Part shown: positions 38,401 through 50,577 of the stretch, one piece after another
Numbering within the stretch: position 1 is the first letter of the stretch
Layout of the letters: each line of letters opens with the position of its first letter
NCBI RefSeq assembly: GCF_000143415.4
Contig: NW_003314271.1
Span: 2,919,729-2,983,728 of the forward strand
DNA from: Selaginella moellendorffii
Taxonomy: Eukaryota; Plantae; Lycopodiophyta
Reading direction: 5' to 3'
Length of the DNA: 64,000 nt
Made by a program: the position numbers and the translations under genes
Notes under the pieces: model-generated
The model's database searches: none
What the model was told of the DNA's origin: nothing
What the model saw: the letters and a program-made list of their open reading frames with translations, nothing else

Positions 38401-41400
38401 GACCCTTCTGAGTTGTTGATTATGACCCCGGGGGCATCCCCCACACTTGGTGGTGCACCCAAGCCAGCCCTTCCGGCCAAGGATCCATAGCAACTGAGAC
38501 TGGGTGTCCCCATCTCATTCACCACGTCCTTGGTGCCCTTTGCACCAAAGTGTTCAAGTTAGATATGCCGAGCTTTCACTCTAAACAATCTAACCGTGCA
38601 TCACGACTCCGAGGCACCCTCGCTTGGCGGTGTGCCCAAACCAGTCTCCACACTGAGAGTCCATGACCACCGAAAAATGAGTGTCCTCATATCCCAAACC
38701 ATCACCACGCCCTAGTGAGTTGGGACTCGAACCCAAGCACTAGAGGGTCGGGACTCGAACCCAACCTCCGTATATGCATCTACGGATGGCATCACCCAGG
38801 ATGCCTTGCGTGACTCCCCACGCCGGTGCACCAACTTATACTCAAAGCGCGCTATAGATCACAGCTTAGGAACCTAGTTCCTCCACATTGCCAAGTCCTC
38901 TCACTTGACAAGTCTGTGATCCTGCATGGACTCCTCCATGCTTGGCCCCATGGCCCACCCTTTTTGAAGTTATCACCTTCAACTAGGGTATTTGTTCCCC
39001 TGACTTGCCAATTTCACTTTGGCAAGTCCTCCGACCACTGTAACATGGTTCCTGCACAAGCGTGAAAGCCCTTGATCATCGACTTTCATTCAAAGCCCTC
39101 TCTTTGAACACTCAGGAACTACTTCCCTAACCTTGATAGCCTTGTCTCATGGCAAGCTTCAAGACCACGCTTCTGCTGCGCCACTCTGATTTTGCGCGTG
39201 CTTTGAACCATTTACACTTGGCCTTTCTAGGTACTAAGCTACCTAAAATCATCTTTGGGAACCTTGAAGGGACTCTGTCCCTTAGCTTGCTAAGGCCTCC
39301 CTTTTTGCAAGCTTTCCAATTACCATATAGTCTAACATGGACAATTCCATATTTTAGACTCTCCATGGCATCACGATTGCTAGCGGCAACACCCTCGAGC
39401 CCCCACTTGATTCTCCACTCCCAGCTGGCATAACCAACCTTGGTTATGCCCTTCGATTCCTATGGTTTGGTTCTATCCCCTTACTACTTGCTTTTGGCTT
39501 CACACCTTTCCTTTGGTCATTCTCCTCCAGACCAGGAGGATAGCTTTGCACTTTGTATCATGCTTTAGCAAGTATTCTTAGAGATGAACCTACCCGATAG
39601 CCTAGGGAGTGGTTCCTCAATCCAAGTATGCTCACCCTATAATCCCACACACCGAGATTACGTTGTTGTTTATGAGCATTTACATGCCCATTACTAGCCT
39701 TGCCAAAATTCCATTTTTGGCTTTGTCCAATTCAAGTAGATAGTCTTCTCCTGTCTCCGCCACCTTGGGCATTTGGATAGCACCTTCTATCCATCATTCG
39801 CTAGAGACTTAATCCTTTGGGCCTTATCTATTGCCCTCGCGACATCAAACACCACCTTCTGGTGTTCTAGAGTGTTCGGGTGTCCCAATGATGGCTTCCT
39901 TGACAATGAGTATTTCCTTTTATGACATTGACTTACTATATCGCAACATAAGCAACTTATCCCCCGTAAAGGTATATCCAACTTCCCTATGCCATTAAGA
40001 AGGCTTGGGTAGCTACCTTCTACCCGTTTAACCAATTATTTTGTACCTCTCGCTAAGTTGCCTTATAGATGTCAAGTCCTACAACTCATTGCTGGTGCTT
40101 CCACACCTCCATCATTATCTGGGTCACCACACTCCAACTGCATGCTCTGCAGCTTAGGCTATGCCATTCCTATTTCCATTGGGATTCCTTTGGCAAGGGG
40201 TTCTCATGAACCCACCAACATAGCCTCAAGGTATCACACCTTGGCACATTTGGTGTCTCCACACTATCGGCTCCACGAGCCTACCTCTATGACACTTTTT
40301 CTTTGTGTCTAAGTCTTTGCCAAGACCAATACCGCTCTTTCTCATGCCAACCATCTGTTAGCACGGCACCATAGAGGTCACACACAACTTTGTTTCAAAG
40401 TTGTTTTCTTTTTGGGAACACCTTTCCCACGACTTTAGCATGGCACATTTTGCCATCGATGAGATACCCTCTGTTCTCATCCTTGGATCCTATGATCCCC
40501 CCCATCCTTCGTGGGGTACCACACACTTCAGTCCAAATGCTTCCATCAATCCTTTAGGATTATTCCTTGACTCTATTGGAGTCATCCAGCTTTTTGGACT
40601 TTGTCATCCGACAACCCATGAGGTCCTACCTTTGAGGTGCCAGCTCACTGGAATACAACTTCTTGTATTCAGGTCCTACTCACAAGGACCATCTTTGCAA
40701 GTGTTACTCTGACACTTGATTTGTTCTCTTGGGGCAACCTTTTGCCTCTTAGGACCACTTGTCCATGTGATGAGAATACCAACTCATCCTCTAAGTACAT
40801 CCCCAACTCCTTGGGTTGTTCTAGCATTTATCAAAGGTAACCTCAGCTACCATTTCGAGGACTTGTGTCCTCTCCTATATTTGACCTCCCATGGTCATCA
40901 ATTCCGGTCTCAAAGTTATGAGCTTGGCCTCAACTATATGAGGGTAATCTTATGACTCCTTTATTGTTTTGGAGTCATTATCTTTCCCGTGATCCCAATT
41001 ACAGTTGTTTACCACAACTACGTTAGCCTGTTTGCTGCGTCAAACGCTCATCTAGATCACATCCTCAGCTCTCTGAGGAAACCTTATACCGTTCCCAAGA
41101 TCCCAAAGTCGTTCTATTATTGGCCCTTTTCTATCCATCACATCGTGCCCAAGTTCATGCATGAACTTGAGTGGTGAGCCATGTCCTCTCGACATGCTAC
41201 TCCTCAAGGATAGGCCCACTCCTAGGACCTTCCAATGCCAACATCAATGGTGATATACTTGAGCACCAATAAAAGTCGGACTAAGGAACAGCTCCGATAC
41301 CAAATTGTAAGCGACTAAATTTTCCATTCTACTTTAGTCACTTAACCACACCTCCGACCACTTGGAGGAGTCTCATTCACAACCTCCATCAGTCCAATTC

Positions 41401-42802
41401 AGGACTTGGGACTTGCTAGCCCCAAGAATGGCATCCATGCCACTCAACACTTGCACCTGGTCCAAGTGCTCCACGTGTCCAGTCTCAAGATCGACACCCA
41501 AAGGTACCACTGACATCTCGGCCCGTTATGCTAAGGCCATGCCCATTCACCTTTGCTGCACTAGTGGTCCAATACCACTTGCATCACCATCCCGTCTCTC
41601 CAAGACTGGGCCATCTGTCCACGAGTGGTCATCCTAGATCCACTCCTTAGCATCCTTAGGATGCCCACAGACCTGGGGAATAGCCTTCCCCAAAGTCCCT
41701 TTGTCAGTTCCTACCAAGTCCCTTTCTGCCCCTGGCCGTATTTGCCAACACTGTCACTGGATCGAGGCCCACAGGCCCGACCACTAAGTCCCATGGTCCT
41801 CTAGGACTTCCTCACCACACGATTGTGTCCTTGGTCACTACCCCAGAGGACTGCTCCTCTTACTTTCCACAATCTAGGCCTTTGGGACAACATTTCGGAA
41901 CACCGTGGCCTTATGCGAGCCACCTAGGTACTCTCCCTGCCTTTTGCCTTTAGATGCTCTAGCCATGGGCTTAGAGCGAGGTTCCGTTGAGCCACACCTG
42001 GTATCCAAGTAGGTAGTGCCACCCACACTTGGACTGGGAGCATCGGCCAGTCGATCTCCCGGGGGAACTAGAGCCGGCTCTTGAACACTTCACCAAGCTA
42101 CCCCGCTTGTCGGTCCGTATTCACTTTAGTCTTGGACTTCCCAGTGGTCAGTTCATCACCCAACACTGGGTCTGGCCTTCCTGGGCCAAACTGGCCTTTC
42201 CTGGCCAAACTGGCTCCACTGCAGTCCTCCCCCTTACTATACTTTTAGAGCTCACCAAACCCCCCAGGGTCTGGGAGACGAACGCTTTGGGCTTTCACCC
42301 TCTCAGACTCAAACTCGGACTCGGACTCGGACTCGAACTCGGACTCGGACTCGGACTCGGACTCGGACTCGGACTCGGGCTCGGGCTCGGTCTCAGCCTT
42401 GGCCTCGGTCTCGGTCTCGGTCCCGGTCTTGGTCCCGGTCTCGGTCTCGGTCCCGGTCTCGGTCCCGGTCTCGGTCTCGACCTCGGACTCCATCTTGGGT
42501 CCATCTCGGACTCCATCTCGGGTCCATCTCGGACTCCGTCTCGGTCCACCTCGGACTCCATCTCGGACTCCATCTCGGGTCCATCTCGGACTCCATCTCG
42601 GGTCCCTTTTTGGAGCCTTGCTTATTGCTTGCTTTGTGCTCGCTCCTTAAGCACTTTGTTGGGAGTTCCACTCCCGCTCTCGACCTTTCAAGTCGGAGCT
42701 TTTAGTTTAAACGTGTTACGCTCGTTTGGCTTTCACTTCGGCCACTACCACGTGGCACCCTTTCCAGCTCCACTTTGGGGCCTAGGGATTTTGTGTCTCA
42801 CA
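35416..42802 (-). mobile_element. Second, better preserved family D copy inserted inverted in the 3' LTR of the first
   Basis: LTRs 35416-37196 (contains N gap) and 41306-42802; PBS rc GCTCCGATACCA at 41291-41302; PPT rc ACTCCACCACCC; 4.1-kb internal region without recognisable intact ORF. Confidence 0.9.
35638..35889. other. Assembly gap
   Basis: Run of N. Confidence 0.99.
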
Positions 42803-44122
42803 GTGCAATGGTTAAGTGGCATGGATGTTATTCTTGGGGCTAGCAAGTCCCTAATTCCAAAATAGGATTTACGGAGGTTGTGAGTAAGACTCCTCCAAGT
42901 GGTCAAAGATGTGGTTAAGTGACTAAAGTAGAATGGGAAATTTAGTCTTTTACACAAAGGTGGTTGGATTAAGTGCATGTGCAAAGTGCTGGCTACAACA
43001 TTCTCAACTTGATCCACTCTGACATATTTGACTCCACACAAAGCAAAAGCCTTTGAAACCGAATGCTAAATTACACAGCCTTTGATGAAGACAATGTAAT
43101 TGTTAGAAAGCATAATATGATGCTTTCTAACACATTTCAATTGCAAATGTGTGTTTGAAGATATCTAGAAGAATGCTCTAATCTTTAGGAGTGGCTGTGC
43201 TCAAACCATTATACCATTGTAGTGCTGTCTCTTGGAGATATATGGGAAATTCACACAAATGTTGAGCATCATCCCAAAAATGATATATGGCAATCATTGT
43301 GAAGTGATCGAATCAATGGTACACATCATCCCTAGGATTCCCATGAAAGACATCCAGTTGAACTCGAGGACATCAAGCAATTGCATCAATTGCTACTCTA
43401 GAATCAAAGGAAAAAGAGGCTACTACTCTACCATAAAGATGAACAAAAAGGAAAGAGCAAAAAAAAAAAGTTGAGAAAAACTACAAGAAAAGGGGGATCT
43501 AGATAATCAAAAGCTAGATCTAAAACAAAATTCCAAATCCAAGTACTTCTTAGAGATAATCAAAATTACCCTTCATCTCCACTTATGTGAATGTATGATA
43601 TGGAAATAGAATACAGAAATGTGTATATTAATTAACTAGAAAACACTAGTTTATAGACATATGCAAATGGTCTGGATTGAAACAAATTTGACATCTACCA
43701 AATCCCATTATGCTAATATTAGTATACAGCATTGTAATTGCACATCTTGTATTACAAAGTAATAGATATATATTTAATAAAAACTAAGTTATCATAGTAA
43801 ATTTTATATGAGTAGTAAAACTACATCTTATTTTAATGAAATTTTAGAGTTTGATTATCTTTAAAATTAAATATAAAGTTTTGTTTTGTTTGTATTCTTT
43901 TATTTATTACTAAACAAATGAAACCTATTCTTTTTTATTTATTCTTAGCTAAGTGCACTCTATTATTTATATTAAATTATCAATATATAAATTAAATTAG
44001 GATTTTATTTTTGATAAAAAAATTTTTATATAAGTATTTCTTATCTTAATTTTCATATTTTTATATTATGGTCATAAAAAACATTTACAATAATACTATA
44101 AAATTTAATTTATAATTCTAAT

Positions 44123-44483
44123 AATTTGCTACATGTTGCATGTAGCAATGCTTAGTTTACTTAATAGTGGTGTTATTCCTACTTATTAATGCAATTGATC
44201 AAATAAAGTTTATAATTATAAGCATGTTTGTAATTTATAAACACAAGATTAATCTTATTGCATATCAACTTTTAGATGGTAGAATAAAAAAGAATAAATG
44301 GTTAAAGAAATTTTATAAATTAAAAATATGTTTATAAATTATAAATACAAAATTAATCTAAATGAATAACAACCTTTAGATGGTGGAATATCATAGAATA
44401 TCCAAGAATATTCTTTGTATATCCACTACCATCTCAGTACCCTTACAGATTTGTTTAAGCAAATAAAAAATTTGATACAATCA
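44123..44483 (-). repeat. AT-rich ~350-bp repeat, right arm of inverted pair
   Basis: Reverse complement of 531-886; perfect hairpin TTGCTACATG-TTG-CATGTAGCAA at 44126-44148. Confidence 0.8.
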
Positions 44484-45292
44484 TATATATTTATAAGTAA
44501 AGTCTACTTTTGGGATATTATATACAATATAAAAATAATTTTGTAGAAGAAGGGTTTTATCCATATATTTGTGCTTACAGAATATTATTTTTAAAGGTTA
44601 CTATTGTTCTCTCCAATACAATGAATGACATTTTTTTTAGTAAATTTTAAAAATTTAAACCATTTATTAAATTTATAATTAATTAGATATATATAAATCA
44701 ATTGTCAATCTAAAATTACATAAAGAAATTCATCATGGTCATAAAAATCTAATTTCAAAATTGTGTTTATTGTGAATTGGTTATACTAGGTTAGCCCCTT
44801 CACATAATTTGTTATAAGAAAAAATTAAACCACTTTTTATCTTAGTTTCTATTTTAATTATATTTCTTTTACATTTTTCTCTTCAATTCGAATCTTGTGT
44901 CCCATGTTTACTGCGGCAAAAGACCTACTTTACCTCTTAGGCAATCGCGACCGGGTAAAGCGGCGAGCGCTGATCGATTCTTTCTCCGCGGCGAGACACG
45001 AGCAAGGGAGCATTCAATTGATCGCAACGAGGTGGGTTTTAGATTTGGGCGCTAGTCTTGTCTTGTGCGTCAACGCAACGGCGATGGCAGCGATTGTCGG
45101 TACCGTGGGGCCGATTTAACTCGCGCTCCAGCGGCTCAGACCTCTCTTTCCTTGTCAGGGACCGCGGGACTTCCTCTCCTTGTGCTTTGCTTAAATTTCT
45201 CTCCTCCTTTGTCGAGTTGGGTGTTCTTTCGTTTTTTTTCCGAGAGACAAGCAGCGTTCGTAGTGAATCTACTAGGTATGGTTTCTTCTTTG

Positions 45293-45295
<3 letters not shown>

Positions 45296-45323
<28 letters not shown>
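45296..45323 (+). repeat. (CT)n microsatellite in probable 5'UTR intron
   Basis: CT run between donor-like GTATGG (~45276) and acceptor CAG (~45464). Confidence 0.85.
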
Positions 45324-45573
45324 GCTCCCTCCCTCCCTTTTTCTTGTGCTTACTGGCTTCTGGGAGAGAATTGAAATGCTTTCTCCTGGTCGGTTTGTTC
45401 TTCCTCGGAGTTTGAGTTGCGATTGATTTTATCCTTTTGCTGAGTTTTCTTTCGCATTCGCAGGCCAGCACCAAGATCACGAACTCGACTCCACCGCAAC
45501 GCCACCTCAGGCAGTGAATTCTCTCCCCGCAGCTGTGGATCACCACCAGGAATCAACGTCGCCGTCGTCGGTG

Positions 45574-45876
45574 ATGGCTTCTCTCAGCCGGGGGGTGTCG
45601 ATCAGGAGGCAGGGGTCGTCGGGCCGGAGCTGGGCCGACACGCTGGGACTTAACAACCCGGTGGAGCCGGCGCAGAGATTTAGCAGTAGCAACACCAGGG
45701 GCGGAAAGGGCGATGGGATCACCAAGAAGACGATCATGGCCCCGGACAGCGACGACGATCGCCACCGCCAGCACCACCATCGCACCAGTGCAAAGTCCTC
45801 GGCAAAGTCTTCGTCGTCGAGGGGAGGCGGTGTTTTCAGCTGGCTCAAGAACAGGTTTCGAAAGGCGAGATCTTGA
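45574..45876 (+). CDS. Small RRQGSSG-motif protein (MASS/At1g80180-like), copy 2
   Basis: 100 aa, near-identical N-terminal 60 aa to copy 1, shared C-terminal WLKNRFR. Confidence 0.78.
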   Translation: MASLSRGVSIRRQGSSGRSWADTLGLNNPVEPAQRFSSSNTRGGKGDGITKKTIMAPDSDDDRHRQHHHRTSAKSSAKSSSSRGGGVFSWLKNRFRKARS

Positions 45877-46272
45877 GCCTTCTCTTCTTTTCCTCTTTCT
45901 TTTCTCTCTTTTTTTCTCTCGACGCACGGGTGGCGAGGACGGGGAAACGATTGAGTGCTCACAACCTGCGATCCAATCCTTAGAAACGTAGAGCTTCTCT
46001 CTCTTTTACTTTCTAGACCTTCTTTTCCCTTGTGCTTTTGGGCATCATATTTTGTCAAGCTTTGATGTACATGGCGATGATACGATACGACACGACTTTG
46101 TTCGATTCCTTTGACTTTTTCGATCTCTCTCACGCGGCGGCCACACGCATTTGTTTCTGCATGCAAGTGTTTACTCGCAAGTTGCAAGGGCTGAATTCGT
46201 CTCTGACAGATAAAAGTGGGAGCTTGACACATAGATCACCAGCAAAATAGTGGTTTAGAAAAACAGGAAACT

Positions 46273-46354
46273 CGTGGACGGCAGGATTCGAACCTGCGCG
46301 GGCAAAGCCCACATGATTTCGAGTCATGCCCGATAACCACTCCGGCACATCCAC
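46273..46354 (-). tRNA. tRNA-Ser(CGA)
   Basis: GTGGATGTGCCGGAGTGGTT..CATGA-CTCGAAA-TCATG..long variable arm..GGTTCGAATCC; downstream oligo-T. Confidence 0.97.
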
Positions 46355-46602
46355 CTTAAACACACAACCCGAGTTTATTTCCACACCTTTAGGCTTTAAG
46401 CACGGAAAGAGTGACCGGCCGAAGAACATACGCCTCTCCCGTTCCATCGAGAAACTTACGAGCTCTTTATCCTCTTTGTCTCTCTTGAAAGCTGGGGAGG
46501 GATAGAGCTCTGCCTGGAGCTTGAAAGGATTTGCTCGCTACTCCACCAGTCCAGGCCCTGCGAGTTGTGATTGCTGAAAGCTTTCCTGCGCACCACCCCC
46601 CC

Positions 46603-49600
46603 CTACCAGTTCTCCAGCCACTGCGGCGCAGCGCTCGACTCTTCGGATGTAGCCGAGGGACTGATGAGCAGATGATGGCTGTCGTCCGCCCGTGACGTCT
46701 TCAATGCCGACTGGAGCCGACTTAACACCTCGAAAGGCACGTCCGTGCGGCACTCGAGCAGCGCCTCCCAGTCGAGGCCGGCGAACCACGGCTGGGCCTT
46801 GATCTCCTCCATGCCTCGGCTGCCGAGCCTCTGGGAGACGTCCACGACCAGCAGCTGGAGATATAAACACAAAGAAGTTACTGGCTGATCATCTGTGGCT
46901 TGGAATAAATGAATCAATGAATACCTTGTCGATCAAGTCAACGAGTTCGCCGCTGAAAGTGGAAGGGAAGACTAGCTGCCTACCGGCAATCTTGCTGTAA
47001 ATATCCAGCTCGCTGTCTCGCCACGATCCGAACGGCAGCTCGTTTTGTACCATGTAATACAAGAGCACTCCCAAAGCCCACCTGAAAGAAATATCATACA
47101 CATTTGCCGAGAAAAAGCATGAAAAAACAACGGTTGTTCTTACCAGTCAGCACCAAAGCCGTGACCTTGACCTCTGATAATCTCGGGGGCGAGAAAATCA
47201 GCCATGCCGCAGATAGTGTAAGCTCGTTCGTCTAACAGCTTTTTGCCAAACCGAAAATCAGCAAGCTGCACGTCACCATGACAGAAAATAAATTGGTAAG
47301 ATACACAAGGAAAAAGAGAGGAGAGTTAGTCACCTGTAGTCGTCCTTTTCTATCCAGCATAAGCATATCTGGAGATACTCCACGGTAAACAACTCCATCC
47401 TGGACTCGAAGCAATGAATCAATGGAAAAGAATTTCCAACAAGAAATCAAAATGTACCTTATGCATAGAGTCAATCGCCATGGCGACAGAGGCACCAATA
47501 AACCGGGCCGAGTCTTCCGAGAGTGGCGTGTTCAATATCAGGGACAGCGGCCCCCCCAACGCGCAATTGAGAAGCATTGCAGCGTACCTCTCATCCGCAG
47601 AAGTGCATACCACTTGCGGCACGTACAAAGACGGGCTTAAGTCTTGAAACAGAAACTTTTCCTGCAGCACTTGAGACTCCCTTCCGAGTGCTTTGATAAC
47701 TTCCAAGGGATAACGCTTCATGCTAAAAACCTGTCCTGCTCTTCAAAGAGAGACAACGCATGAAGTAAAAGGAACAAAAAAAAAAACAAGGACTGTAGCA
47801 TTACCTGTTTTCTTTAAACTAACCAGCCCAACCTCGCAGCAATCTGTCGTGTATACAGTTTCTTGCCATTCCTGCATGTGGAAGTCGTAGTTTTAAATTG
47901 CAAAAGCTGTAGACTCGTACAAACTTACCAAGTCTCCTAAATCACTAGTTATCGACAGAGTGTCCAGCTTTGCAGATTGCTGCTTTCTCAAAGAGAGTAT
48001 CTTCTCCCGCAGCCTGAAAACGTAAATGTTAGAGCGCGGACAAACGGAGCAGAGAGAGCACCATACTTCATGTTGTCTTCGATGACTCGGTCCAGCTGGC
48101 CAACAGCTTTCTCGAGAGTTTCCCTGCTTATAGCCCAGCACTCAACATCACCAACTGCAACTGCGGTCAAAGAACGTGAAGGCTCACCCCGTAGCACCCA
48201 TTCGCCAAAGTAATCCCCCTCACCCTTTCTATCGGTCAGATTTTCTAAAGCTCCATGGTGCTTTACATCAACAAAACCCTTCCGTAAGAGATAAAAAGTA
48301 GAGACTTCAGCGCCCTGCGTAAGAAAACAAACGACTCAGTATCTCGTTGGTTACACCTAATGCCACTGTACCTTTTGTGCTATCACTGCCCCGTCCCGAA
48401 AGCTAACTTCCGATAATGAATCGGCGAGACGGACAAGCTGCGCTATATTCAACGTCGCAAGGACTTCTACAGCCCGCAGATGTTTCAGTGCGGATCTTCG
48501 AGTGTTCATCGACAGTAAACCTCTAAATGCTTCTCGACCAAGCATCCACAGTGTACCTTCGGTAACAGCGCGAATAGACGCCTGACGGGGCTTATTATAC
48601 CTGCATAAGCATCCAAAGTGTTGAGTAAAAAATATGAAATGCTCGAGAAAGCGACTTACATCAATGCCAGCTCTCCAAAACAAGGGCTATTGTAAGCAGT
48701 GTACTGGTTCACAATTGTTCCCAAGTCATCTTCGCTTTGATTTTCATCCTGCACGTTGGCCGGTTATGCCAGAATTGTTTTATCGCGTTTAACTTTTACC
48801 TGAGCCACCAACACGTCAAACTTGCCGCTTTCAACGATGTAGAAGTGATCGTCTTCGGCCCCCTGTTGATAGAAGCATTTCTCGTAAACACTCTATGATT
48901 ACGGGATGATCTACCTGACGAATTATAATCTTTCCAGGTTGAACTTGTACTTTCTCAAAACAATTGTACAGCGTTTCCCATTGTTTCTCTGTGAGATTGT
49001 GAAAGAGAAAGTTGCCCTGTAAAGCATGCTTGATTCGCGCCTGAAGTCTTAACCAGAGTCAAGCTTTTACACCAGCTTACAAATAAGACGAGCAAACCTT
49101 CTCTTCATCGGTTTTTATCTGCTGCTCAGACGGCGGCACCCATTCTGTTTGATGCTCTAGAGAAGCTTCAATTGCTCGCAGCTTTGCAGCAGACACTTCA
49201 TGGCTCGCTGGACGCACCTGCTCTGCGGGTTCACTGTAATCCCGCGGCTTAAACGGGAGCTCCGCACCTTTACAGTGGAAAACCGCATTTTGATTGTGAT
49301 TCTCCTGCGACAGAAGAAGAGAAGTCATAAATGCACACACAAATAAAGTAAGCTTGTACCTCTTCCAAGCCGTCAATGTTCACAACAATGATTGTGATAT
49401 CATCAGTACGGGTCTCATACTGCAACCATAAACGGTATGATTCAGCTACAATCGCCGCACATGCATCACGTGGATCCTTGTGTTTCGCTACCTGAAAATC
49501 CGAATGCCATTAGATTAAGGATGCTAGTCTCCAACCATCACTACAGCTTACCATGTCGACAACATCCTGGCTTGAGAGGAACTCAAACACGCCATCGCTT

Positions 49601-50577
49601 GCGAGGACGAAGAACGGATGCGTACCATTGATCTCGAAAGATGCCACCTCCGGCACGGCAATCACTCCAATCCGTTCAGCAACTGTGTCACCTATGCTTC
49701 TTGTAAAAGCTGTCCCCGGGTACATTCCATTTGCCACCCACAAGCGGGGAGGATCCCCATCGTCGTCCTCCTCCCCACCCCAGCACTGTAAAGCAGGACT
49801 CTTCAGGCCCTCAAGTTGGTCCAGTGTGAGCACTCTAGCTCCACACGTTTTGACCCTTTCGCACTCATCAGTCCTGAAAGGAGTCTGGTCACTTGAAAGA
49901 TCTACCGCAGTCAGCTTACCGTTGATCCTCTCAGCAAGCACGGCTCTGGAATCACCAACATTTGCAACGTACAGAGTCTTCCCCCGGACGAGAACTGTTA
50001 TAGCCGTGGTACCACTCATGGAGTCGTCAACCTGAGAGCGGTGGAGCTGGAGATTCGTGGTGATAAAAGCCGACTGATAGGCCTGGACAACGTCCGCGGT
50101 GAAGCAGCCATGCTTGAGCAGATTCTCACACAAGTGCTTCTTCGCGAACTGCGAGCACTCAGCACCAAACTCGCCGTGGCCATCAAACACGCCGAAAAAA
50201 TGGTCGTTGGGATTCTTCCCGAAGTGAGTATGTACACAAAAACTGTCTTGGTTGGCCTTGTCCAAAGCCTCCGGATAGTAGCCCCTCTGCGAGAGGAACG
50301 AGAACCGGAGCTCGAAATTGCCATCTGGAACCTGCGTAATCTTACAGCCACTGGCAGGAAGATACTGACTAGAGAGCCTTGCTAGCCTCGGCAGCCCAAT
50401 GTCCGCATCAGAAACTCCCAGCTTATCCCCACCATCATCACTCAAATCCCCGCTCAAGTCATCCACCATCACGAAGTCCTCCTTGGGAGCCTTAGAGCTG
50501 TTAAAGTTCGCGAGGAGGCCGGAATTGGCATTCCCGAATGCTCCGGAGCTACTATCTTTCCCACAAACGCAACCCAT
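46603..50577 (-). CDS. PP2C / cyclic-nucleotide-binding / kinase-domain protein (At2g20050-like), multi-exon
   Basis: MGCVCG N-terminus; PP2C motifs [22 protein letters not shown]; two cNMP domains (FGELALM, YFGEW); AGC-like kinase exons ([19 protein letters not shown]). Confidence 0.93.

Larger units (their letters stand above)
17977..42954 (+). mobile_element. Non-autonomous long-LTR element family D (LARD-like), itself multiply interrupted
   Basis: 5' LTR 17977-20517 (TGTGAGAC..GCTTACA), PBS TGGTATCAGAG at ~20521, PPT before 3' LTR starting 33532, end 42954; TSD CAAAG (17972-17976/42955-42959) in family A gag. Confidence 0.88.
6280..43756 (-). mobile_element. Old, fragmented family A copy hosting the nested insertions
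   Basis: 3' LTR 6280-6454 plus PPT and int end to ~6665; gag fragments 17882-17976 and 42955-43440; leader and 5' LTR 43586-43756, all reverse-complement matches to the 1054-6068 element. No TSD recognised, so the pieces could come from two copies. Confidence 0.7.

Noticed and set aside
39127-40035. Possible RT relics in family D interior
   Set aside because: Resemblance too weak to support by eye; needs an HMM search
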